The notes under the pieces: generated by a model
Seen by the model: only the letters and a program-made list of their open reading frames with translations
Database searches by the model: none
Told to the model about the DNA's origin: nothing
Position numbers and translations under genes: made by a program
In this document: positions 41,374 to 53,600 of the stretch, in pieces
How the letters are laid out: every line of letters starts with the position of its first letter
Numbering within the stretch: position 1 is the first letter of the stretch
Assembly: GCF_036588685.1 (NCBI RefSeq)
Contig: NC_086373.1
Span: forward strand, 68,386,001-68,450,000
Direction of reading: 5' to 3'
DNA length: 64,000 nucleotides
DNA from: Mytilus trossulus
Lineage: Eukaryota

Positions 41374-41539
41374 CAGAAAAAGATTGACTTTAAATAAAAC
41401 TATGGTCATATTGAGTGTAGTGTTACAAAGTATTGAACGGAACGGATATGTGAGCTCTGCGCCGGAGATTGGTACTGTTTATGTTATAATGGGTGATAAT
41501 TCGTTTTATTTTATTTAATGCGTAAAATGGTCTAGGCAA

Positions 41540-41590
41540 AAATGATTGGACAACTCCGACACAATGCGCGAAATTCAACTTCCTGTGGTT
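41540..41590 (+). promoter_or_regulatory. Putative RAD52 proximal promoter: CCAAT box, E2F site, CHR-like motif, ETS-like motif
   Basis: ATTGG at 41545, GCGCGAAA at 41566-73 directly followed by TTCAA, and ACTTCC at 41578, all 60-100 bp upstream of the ATG. Confidence 0.4.
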
Positions 41591-41646
41591 ATAAACATCA
41601 CAACAATCATCAGAAAAAAGCTGATATCTTGGAATTTGTACATGCA

Positions 41647-41676
41647 ATGGAGCACAAACCTGCCTGTTTTGGACAG
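41647..41676 (+). CDS. RAD52: RAD52 exon 1 ([10 protein letters not shown])
   Basis: CFGQ matches the residues that precede the RAD52 N-terminal domain; CAG|GTTAG donor. Confidence 0.8.
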
Positions 41677-44600
41677 GTTAGAAAACAATATTGAACATTA
41701 AAGAGCAGAACATTGCTTTATTGAAATATCCACTATAACGAGACCAACGTTTATAATTTTTTGTTGTCCGAGGCGAAGTTCATAAAAAATAATTTATGAA
41801 TGATGCATTGCCATTGGCATTGATGGGAATTTTCAGAATATGAATTATAGTTGTTCCGTTTCAATTTTTCCTTTATCAATGCTTACAAGCTTTTCTTATT
41901 GTTGACGAAGGCGTCCCAGAAAAAAAAAATAGCCTTGCCAGACATCATATTGCTTTCGGGTTGATCCAGCCCATGTCGATCCTGCCCATATGTAAAGTCG
42001 ATCCGGCCCCAATAAAAAATATATTCATTGAGAATTAAAAAAAAAGATATATGGGGGTATTGATTGTAATTGTAACCGGAGAGCACGAATTTCATTACAA
42101 AATTGCTTGTCTCCAACGGGTACTTCTTTAGCTCAACCGCTTACGGCTGACTAAGTTTCTACTAAGTTTTTCTAAGGGAAGCAATCCCGTCACACTTCCC
42201 CCATCTCAAGAGTCATTATACTCTATAATGATGATATTTTCATCTATTGTATATTTATATGTTAACCTGGCTAGGTAATTCTTCTAACCGTGGATTATTA
42301 TTGTTGGGCGCCAATGTAACCGGAGAGCAAGAATTTCATTACAAAATTGCTTGTCTCCACCAGGACTCGAACCCGGGACCTCTGTGTTACAAGGCAGCAT
42401 GCTAACCGACTGAGCTAAAGAAGTACTTCCTTAGCTCAACCACTTACGGCTGACTAAGTATCTACTAAGTTTTTCTAAGGGAAGCAATCCCGTCACATAA
42501 TTCATAAATGTTTATGATTTTAACTATAATGTAAAAGGTGTACGGTAAAAAAAAAGGGCCTTTGAAAAATATTTTCTCCAGATGAGTATAAAACAACTAC
42601 ATGTAGATTGATCATGTTTTTATTACAAGTTTTCAAGATTATTGGGTAAAATTATATTAAAATGTATATAAAAGAATTCAAACATCAACATTAATCAGCA
42701 GTAATTAGCATTTTCTTTCAAATAGGGCTCTTCACAGTTAGTTCGGCCATATTGGATAGGGGGCAGATTTTCATAATAGAGGTAAAACTGGTGTGAAAAA
42801 TATGGGAAAACATCATTAAAACAGAGCTGTTGCTTGGAAACACTTGTGTAATAACAAATAGTTACACAATGGAACAAGCTGATACATACAAACCTTGTTT
42901 TTCTTTTAAGTTCTTTAAATTTCTGAGACATAATAACATATGTGCTATAGCAGTCTCAGTCTACATAAAACTTTTCAAAATATTGTCAACTTAAAAAAAA
43001 ATATAAATTACTATATTCGATGTTACAAAAATAAACCAAGTGTTAAAGAAAAAAATACAATTATTTATAATTATATACGCCAAACAAAAGATCAAACTAT
43101 AAAGACCTTGTTGCTTACGTAACTTTAATTAATCAGGATTTGATCGAATTAAGTAATTACAAGTGGCATTACCTCAGTTCACAGGCATCAGACAATTGTT
43201 GCATAAACAAACCAATTATAGACTAATGATTTGGTTAAACACGACATTATGATGAGTTAAATTTTAACAGTTCAATTGGACTGTTAATATTTATTTAGCT
43301 ACTGAGCCTACTCTGTGAGAAGTAAATAAAATAAAAATCGCCATGACATTCAAAGTCAACATGGAAAATATCTACACATTCTAAAATATGTTAGAGCTTT
43401 ATATGCTTTACAAACAGACACAATTACACTCAGTTTAGTATCGATTTAAAATAGTTCTTTAACTGGTACTGCAATACTTGCCTGTTGTCATCCATCATCA
43501 ACACTTTTTGCAAGTTCCGTTTATACTGTTTAAAAATTCCTCCATATAATTTATTCATATATATAAATGAATAAAAAAAAAGTTTATTCATATTTTATAA
43601 TGGGACCGGATTGACTTGGGGCTGGATCGGTTTGGGACCGGAACAACCGGATACCGTCATATTTATTTGGACAAGTGTAGAGAGTTGTCTTAATTTGACA
43701 GTCATAACCGGCGTGATACCCAATCTTCTTTTTTATACTTCACAAATTGTGGTGTGTACACAGACATAATATGATTGAGGCAGGCATTATTTGTGAAATT
43801 ATTTTTTCAAATCCAATTTCCTGTTTCATACACATGTCTCGGTAGTATTTTGAGAATTTTTGAATATGATGATTTATGATAGTTTGTATGAGTGTAACCA
43901 ATGTAACTATTATACATGTCAATGAGGGTTACAAAAAAAGATAACTGAATTATTGTGCACATTTTGTGCCTCATATGTAAAGTTGTGTATAGATTTTTAT
44001 ATGAAAATTTTTTGATACTGCACTAAAGTTGTGTATAGATTTTTATATGAACATTTTTTGATACTGCACTAAAGTTGTGTATAGATTTTTATATGATATT
44101 TATGACATTACAGGCAGAGTTTACCACAGAAGAACATGAAGCAATACAAGGTGCCTTAAGACAAAGACTGGGACCTGAATTTATCAGTCAGAGAGCTGGA
44201 GCTGGGGGTCAGAGGGTAATTTGATTATCAGATATAGAAAAATATGACAAATGAAGACTTTCAAGAATATCATAAGTGCACTTTTCACATTCAAAATTGT
44301 ATTTGTCTAAATTTTTAAACCTATAAACAGAAAGGGGAGAAGTTTATTATTATCAAATAAGTCATGAAATTATGGCATCACATCTGCACATGTACACATT
44401 AAACAAATTACAAATAAAGAAAAAAGTGCTTTTATTGCTGTTTATCTCAAAGTTGTTGTTATACATCTAAAGTAACAATACATTGCAAGTTCAACACGAC
44501 TGCTCCCTTCATTATGAGTTTATGTATTGTGTCATGTCATATGTTGTATTATATTTGCCAAGTGTTATAACAGACATACCATAGTTCACAATGCAAAAGG

Positions 44601-47600
44601 AAACATGCTCTACAGGCAAACAAAAAACAGTAAACACTTATAATGGACCTGAAGTCTAAAAGATTCTTTTTAAATTTGACTTGATGTAGTTTAATATTTG
44701 AGGAAAGATCCAAATTTTACACGCTTTTGATGATTTTTATTTGCGTTATTTTTCATCATGTGAAAGTCACGAAAATAATTTGGTTTGCAGTACATTGTAT
44801 TTGATAAAAGAAATTTTCATTTCCCCTATGTTTCAATTAAGAATGTAGTTATAATAATCCTTTTGTTCTTTTTCTTCAGTTAGCTTACATTGAAGGATGG
44901 AGACTGGTTAATCTTGCCAATGAAACGTTTGGATTTAATGGATGGTCCCATTCAGTTACACACCAGTCAGTAGGTAAGTCCATGTTCCGATAGTGGAATT
45001 CAATCATATAAAGTATGATGCATAATTTGAAAATTGAATTTTAATTAAAATATATATATATATATATGTGATTTCTGTCATTTATTATACCATGTATTGA
45101 ATATTTAATAATATTGTAGAAGTTCATATCTTGGTTAATGATTTTAAGGCAATTAAGCTGCCTTATGCGAGCACCTTTGATTTGTGTTCTACCCAATAAA
45201 TCCTGAAATACGTGCCATTGTTATTATCTAGCTGGGTATTATGTTATTTATAACTCATTGGACATTTTTTTCATACTTTTCATTCTGGATTACAAAAAAA
45301 CCTTAAATGATCGTCGAATTTCCCAAAAGTTTTAAAGTTGCACATAGGAAGTAGAGCACATTAGGATTCCTTATGTATTTTATTATCCCCTGAGCTTTTG
45401 GTTAAGATGTCGAAGAACAAATGTATGAAATATTTAATCGCCGAAAATCTCTAAAGACAAGTAGTTTAGATTTCCCAAATTGCAAAACTCGTAGGAATAT
45501 TGTCTGTCATCAATATGTAGTCAACTACGTCAGTATAGTCTACTAAAATAAGTTCGACTGATCACGCTGTTGGCGGCAATTTTGAATTAGAATACGAAAT
45601 TTCTATCTTTTCAATTTGGACGCAGGGGTTCAAATTAGCGGTGGTCCAAGGTCTGCGACCTTTCATTTTTGCAGTCGGAATTTCTTCTTGGTTACTAGCT
45701 AAGCCCGACATGCCCAACGAACCTAAAAAAAATAACTTTTTCTAATAAACGATCTCAAACTTATATTCATTATTACTATCCATGACAGCGATGTTCAATT
45801 TGTTCCACCGCTGGATTTATACAGAAAATCACTGACAAATAATGTGTAAATCCGAGTTAAATCGATTCTCACTCCATCTGTCAAAAACAACATTGAAAAT
45901 AAAATGGCTGCCGGGGAAGACAATTACAATATCGGATCTGATTCCGGAAGCGGATAATGGTAATCCCGGGTTTGGCTATCATTTTAAAAAAAATCCAGAC
46001 AGGTGACAAAATACATCTATGCATGGTAAATAAATATAAACACTAGAATTGAAAACCAAAAGATATATGTAAAAGAAAGAAAAAGCAGAAACATTTTGTA
46101 CACAAATTTCAATGTCAAAATTAAATACAATGTGACAGCTAGGAACAGTTTATCTAATAATATATATGTTCCTGGTAACAGTATACATTTTCTTTATCAG
46201 TGATAACTGTTGGTAATGCATGTTAGATGCTTTTAAAGTTAAACATATTACTGCAATTTCAAGGGCTATTTTTTTCTTCTCAATTTTAATGGGTCAGTTA
46301 ATATAGCTGGAAGTTTCTCATATAAAAAAAAAAGATGTGGTATGATTGCCAATGAGACAACTGTCCACAAGAGACCAAAATGACATAGACATTAACAACT
46401 ATAGGTCATGGTACTGCCTTCAACAATGAGCAAAGCCCATACCATTACCACATAGTCAGCTATAAAAGGCCCTGACAAGACAATGACGTGAAACAATTCA
46501 GACGAGAAAACTAATAGCCTTATTTATATAAAAAAAAATAACTATGAAACAAATATGTAACACATAAACAAACGACAACCACTGAATTACAGGCTCCTGA
46601 CTTGGGACAGACACAAACAGTGCAACTATATATATGATACCTGAATGTAAGCAAATCTTATTATATATAGTCCATTGGGCCATTCTACCTCCTCCTGTTT
46701 GATAACTTTGAAACGGATGAGATCCCCACCCCTCGACCATATACATTCATGTATGAGACTAAATAAATAATCAAATGAAATATAGGTGAAGTCCCCAGGG
46801 TCACCCCAACCGTCATGTTTAAGAACTTGGAAACAGTCGAGATCCCCACCCCTAATCCATATTTATCATGTATGGGACAATATATAATTTATCAAATGAA
46901 ATATAGGGGGAGTGCCTGGGGATCACCCCATCCCTCCTGTTTGATAACTTGGTAACGGTCGAGATCCCTATCCCTAAACCATATATCTTCATGTAGTGGA
47001 CAATATAACAAATCAAGTGAAATATGTAGAGGGCGTCCCTGGGGATCACCCCACCCCTCCTATTTGAGAACTTGGAAACAGTGGAGATCCCCACCCCTAA
47101 ACCATATATATTTATGTATGGGACATTATAACTAATCAAATGAAATATGTAGAAGGAGTCCCTGGAGATCACCCCACCCCTCCTATTTGAAAACTTGGAA
47201 ATGGTCGAGATCCCCACCCCTAAACCATATATATTTTTATGTATGGGACAATATAACAAATCATATGAAATATAGGTGGAGTTCGTGGGGCCACTCTCCC
47301 CCTTCCGGTTAGAGAATTTGTAAACAGTTGAGATCACCAATCTTAAACCATATATATTCATGTATGGGACAATATTACAAATCAAAGGAATAATGTTGGG
47401 GTCCCTAGGGTCACTGTTCCTTCTCCTGTTTGAGAACTTGGAAACATTTGAGATTCTCAACCCTAAACCATATTTATTCATGTATGGGACAATATAACTA
47501 TTCAAATGAAATATAGGGGTTCCCTGAGGGTCACCCCACCCCTAAACCATATATATTCATGTATGGGACAATATAACAAATCATATGAAATATAGATGGA

Positions 47601-50600
47601 GTTCGTGGGGCCACTCTACCCCTTCCTGTTTGAGAATTTATAATGGTCGAGATCCACAATCTTAAACCATATATATTTATGAATGGGATAATATTACAAA
47701 TCAAATAAATTATAAGGGGGTCCCTATGGTCACTGTACACCCTTCTGTTTGAGAACTTGGAAAAATTAGAGATCCTCACCCCTTAACCATATATTCTCAT
47801 GTATGGGACTATATAACAAATAAAATAAAATATAGGGGAAGTCCCTGTGGTCACCATACCCCTCCTGTTTAAGAACTTGGAAACAGTTGGGATCGCCACC
47901 TCTAAATAAAATGAAATATAGGGAGAATCCCTGCAGTCACCCCACCCCTCCTGATTGAGAAATAGGAAACAGTCGAGACCCCCACCTTTAAATTAAACCA
48001 TATATATTCATGTATGAGAACTGATCAAAAGAAATATAGGGAGAGTCCTTAGGGTCACCCTTTACACTCCTGTTTGATAACTTAGTGTACTGTTGAACAC
48101 AAACTCAGATTTCTTTCCAGGGAAGCAAGTCTATTCATACTTTTACAAGCTCGTACTAAAGTCAATTTGAACTTCTAACAGTCAACCAATACTAACGTTA
48201 ACGAACTGCAATCATTGTAAACTTGTACCACTGCAGACTCATGACCATGAATAAGATATACTTGATATATGTGTTGCTTTTAAAAACTTTGACAAAATAT
48301 GAATTATTTGCCTCAATGATTAATTCATTAAATGAACATAAATGTACAATATATGATTGTTTAATGTTTGTTCTTTTTAACAAATCTTTAAAAAACAAAT
48401 TGAAGCAACAATATTTGTCTTATTATATAAACTTCTGCCAAGTTTGCCTCTGCATTTTTTTTACTTAACTGCCTACAGCGCCTTTGGTGCTTTGATTTCC
48501 TTTAAAGTTTACTTTTAAAACAAGACTATAATGATCGAAAACTTTGAAATGATGATCATTACGAAAGAATGAACATTTAATCTTTTTTTAAAGTCATTAA
48601 TTAATAAATGTGATTTTGTAGACTTTGTTGACCATTTTAACAGTAAATACTATGTAGGAGTTTGTGCCACAGTCAAAGTCCAACTGAAAGTAAGTTTATT
48701 GTGAAACCAAATATTATATATAAGAAAAATTGACAATGGTTTAAACAGCTTCACATTCTGTTTCTTCAATTTGTGCCTATCTGTGAATGCTGAAGGTGAA
48801 CACTTTCATAAGTTAGTAATTGAAAGTAAGACATTTGATTATATTTCAACAGAAAATCTTTAAATTGAACACCAAAAAAAATGGTAGAAAATGAGAGTGA
48901 AAAGTAAAAGGGGACACACTCATTTAATATTTTAAGAATTATCTCCCTTTAAACAGTATATCATAAAACTTTCAAGTTCACAATATGTTATTCAGATGAA
49001 AAAAACTCTACTTATTAATTATGAGAATAATTTCCTCCTATGGTTATGCAGAAAACAGATAAATATATTCATGTACACAACATAAAAAATGCAAAAATTG
49101 GATTAGCAACTTTACAATTTTTGCTTACAGTTAAACACATTCCTCAAAAATTGATTTATACATGAAGAAAGCTAACTGATAGATAATCTGATGTTTCTTT
49201 TCTTTATAGATATCAGATTTAGAACACTGTCAATCAGAAATTATTGACTTGTTAAAATATTTTTTTTTTCTCAGGATGGTATCTTCCATGAAGATGTAGG
49301 TTATGGGGTCAGTGAAGGAATGAAGTCCAAAGCTTTATCTATAGAAAAAGCTAGAAAAGAAGCTGTCACTGATGGATTAAAAAGAGCTCTCAAGTAATAT
49401 CCAAACTATTAAATGATGCAAATTTTGTTACTAATTCATTTATCATTACTGTAATGTGTTGCAATTCAAAATTGACATATTATACCTAGATACAACAACC
49501 GTTCATGCTGGCTGTTCAAAACTTCTCCCTCTGAAAAATCATGTGGCCAGTTGTTTGCTTGTTTACAAACAAAATAGGGGAGGTTGTGGAAGAGCCTACA
49601 TAAACACTCTACACTTATGCGCATCGGACATAGAAATTACCTTAATTGTCCTATGGGTTAATCAGAATCGAAATAATTGATGCAAGCTATACTTTATTGT
49701 AGTTTTAACATGGGTAGGCATTATATTCATGTTATTTAACCCTCACTATCGCTCTGGTAAAGATAATCACAAATATTATGCCTTCCCATGTTAAAACTAC
49801 AATAGAGTATAGCTTGCATCAATATGATTCTTCTCATGCAAAACTTGTTTTTTCAACTGACACACTTTCCCTTGTGTAATGTCAAAACATGGACCTAGCT
49901 TATAACTTTAAATGAGAATTTTTATTTTATCTTGTGATAATTTCTGACACTTCTGTTAATATTGCCTGCTTGCATGTGCCAATATATATCTTTGCAAGAT
50001 ATTTATTTCTGGCTTGTATTTCCTTTGATAAAAATCAAATCAAATATTTTATTATTAATATAGTCTCACCTCTCCATATGTACAATACAAACATGAATAC
50101 AATATTTACAGCATTTTTTATTTAAAAGTACAAAACAATCTTAAAAACATTCAAGAGCCACTCTCAAAAGAGTTATGAGAGACTTACATAAAAATGACTA
50201 ATCGATAACAATAAAAAAACACATATCTATATAAAAAATTGTTCCTTTGAATTAAAATATTATGGCAGATTTTGGCAGAATAAAGGCACACATTTTAAAA
50301 ATTTCACTGAGTAAACAAATTATCAACTGATTGACAACAACATGCAACTGTTGAGCCTTTTCTTTTGTAATAGATGGTTTTTTTTCTTAATTTTTTCAGA
50401 AGCTTTGGTAATTCTTTGGGAAACTGTATGGCTGATAAAGATTATTTGAAATGTATTAACAGAGCTCCTAAACCGGTAATGTTACATTTAATAATACAGT
50501 GAAGAGGAGTTTTACACAGAAATGATAAATATCAGTGATTTGATCAGGGTCACACAAAATAAATATATTATTTGTTGTTTTATTAAGATTTTACTAAGAT

Positions 50601-53600
50601 GTTTTTGCAGTTGTGCCATAAAAAAAATATATGGGTATATTTTAGTACTACAATGTACCTTAGAAAAAACTCAAAATTATTCAATTTTATGTACTTTTGT
50701 ATACTGGTTTATCTAGATAATGAAAAAAACAAAAAACTTCAGTACGGGAGTGATTTTCTCCTTACAGTCACCTGGGCTGAGTTCAATATTATAGCCACTA
50801 GCTTAGCCAGTAAATTGATCTAGATAACTCAAAGAATTCATGCAATACATATGGAATACTAAATGGCATCAGATAGGTTATTACTATTGACAACATTGTA
50901 GTAGGCTAACTATCCAGCATATCTTTCAACATACATGTATATCTAAAATAGTGGCTTTGCAAGCAGCTACAATATTGAAAGCAACCCTGGGAATAGTTAT
51001 GGTCATAGAATAGAATCTGAGAAAAGTGACAAATGTGGAAATGAAAAGATTAAAAGTCAGTTGGAATAAAAAAGATTAATGCTTTTAGGAGGTAATAATA
51101 ATTGAATAGATAACTTTTGAGTTTGATGCATTCCGTCAAAAACTGATTTAAGTGAACGTCATTCATGCGTTTAGGGGCATCATTACTTCCGTTTCAATGT
51201 TGAGCTAATGGTTGGAAAACTATAATGCTATATTGCACGAATTATTCAGCAAATTAAATTCACATAATTGACAACTGGCACTATTGTCATTAGGGAATTT
51301 TGATTAGGTACTTACATAACAAACATTATTTCTAGTTTATCCTGCACAATGACGATCACTTAGATGCTTGATGAACATTAATAGTGCAGGGATACAGACA
51401 ATCTCCTCTATTTGGTAATTGACGTCATAAAGGCACGCATAATTGACAAGTTTTTTCCAGTGACGGATGAACTTGAAAGTGGTTTATTGCAATTTTACTA
51501 ATGCAGTCAAATGTATTCTTATAATATTGATACATTCTTATTTTCCAGCCTGCAAAAGTTTATGATATAAATGACATGAAACATTCAGACATTGATCAGA
51601 CAGTGGCTAAAGCTAGGAAAGTTAGAGCTAAAGCATTGGACACTCAAGTAAGAAATGAATGTATGCCTCCTCCTTCTATGATATCAGATGCCAGACTGAG
51701 CGGGAGAGACACATTTAATAGAGAAAGTATTCAAAGTACAAATTCTAATCCAAGTTCGAACAGTGGGGGTTCTAGTGTTCATAGTTCTAGAGACAATGCT
51801 TCAAAAGAAAGTGCCTACTCTTCTTGTGTATCTAGAGATTCTAACAATTTCACAGGAACAACTAAAAATCAAGACTGGTTACCTGCTGCTGTTGTGTTAA
51901 ATGCTTGTGAGACTGATGGACAGGGACCAGTTAATGTGCCAGAAGGTGTCACTACTAGGAGGGGATCTTTGAATAGTATGCAGGCAACTAGTACTCCTTC
52001 AAATAGTGGTAGACTTTCATTAGGAAAACAGAGCACTGAAGACCAAACATTAACTGGGAGACTTTCTTTAGGGAAACAGGGCTCTGAAGATCCAGGACAA
52101 AAGATCAATCATAAAAGGACACAATCAGTACAACTAGTAGATCCTAACTATGGGGACGAAAACATGAGGTAAAGAAACCAAGCTATTATTAGTTGTTGGG
52201 TGCCAATTTATAATTATGTCTATTGGCTGATAATTACAAAACCACATCCGCCAATCAGAGGACATGTTACATCCAAAATTAAATTATAAATATTTAGACT
52301 GACAATTAAACACTTTTAGAACAATATAGTGAAAAGAATAACTGTAGTATCACCCCTTAATATCTAAATTGATAAAACTTAGGCTATAAGGAGTGAGCTG
52401 ATGGAATTGGCCATATTTGCATCTGTGTAGATCTATTTTACTTTGTTGTACAATTGATTATGTTTTCTGATCTGTACATTGGTACATTTGTGTGTCCCAT
52501 ATTTGGTTTTATGGTAAAGATAGTCTTCAAACAAGTTGTAATCATATAAACTTGAATTTTAGTACACAGGGTCACTAAGATGTTAACTTTCAGAATTATA
52601 AGCCAAATTCAGCTTTGACTCCAATTTCACAGTTCATTGATTATGTGTTATATTTTATTTTACACAAGCAGAAGGACCTTAAACAAATGGGATAATACCC
52701 CTAATGCGCCTTGAAATGAGGAACACAAAAGTCACGTGTAAACGAAAAATCTCTGTGTAGTGATATTTGACACATTTCTATAATAACAAAATGACTGAGC
52801 TGAACCATTTGTGTTAATTCAGGAAGTAAGGGAACACAGAATAAATGTGTAAAAACTATGGAGCTATTAAATGTGTTCAAATTATTAAATTTTCAATGCA
52901 CTTATTGTGTGAAAAATGGGATTTTTTACCATGAGGAGCCACATCACAAAAGGATACTCTGGGTTTGCTAATTTACGGAAAAATGAATCACACTTCGTAC
53001 CCCAAAAATTTAACCTCATATGTAAAAATGTCTCAGCTTCGAAACAAGCCATCATACATATACAAGTTTACGATATGGACTGAGCAACAGAGGAAAACGT
53101 TACCATTACGGCCTATGTAGAAACAATTGCGCATATTGCCCCTAATGCAAATAAAATAAACAATAAACACTTAAATATGATTCATTTCATTATAAAAAAA
53201 TACCAATAAACCAAGCAAAATCAATTTAAATTCCTTTCAATTGTTTTTAGAAAATAACTTTTTTGGAAATTTTACATAGGAAAGACCTGAAAGATGCCAA
53301 AGGAGAAGATGAGAAAGCAAAATATGAAAGATTGATGAGGCAGCGACAAAAACAGATAGAATTCCAACAAAAATTACAACTGAAACAACAGGACCAAACA
53401 GCCATTACTAATCTAGGTAGAATACTGAGGACAATAAAAAAAATAATAATGAAAATTTACCAATTCACATTTCAATATTAGATGGGTTTAGATGGTCACA
53501 TGTTTTATCACTTGTTCCTAAAAAAACTTCTATTTGCTGATGGGAGATAAAAAAAAAAAAATACTCGCAAAAAATAGAATAATCATGAATGTATATTTAT

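Noticed and set aside
42353-42424. Functional tRNA-Thr(TGT) gene
   Set aside because: Acceptor and D stems do not pair properly, and the sequence sits inside an LTR bounded by PBS, PPT and TSD.
46852-47779. 217-aa and 82-aa repetitive ORFs
   Set aside because: Translation of the ~125-bp minisatellite; no splice or domain support.
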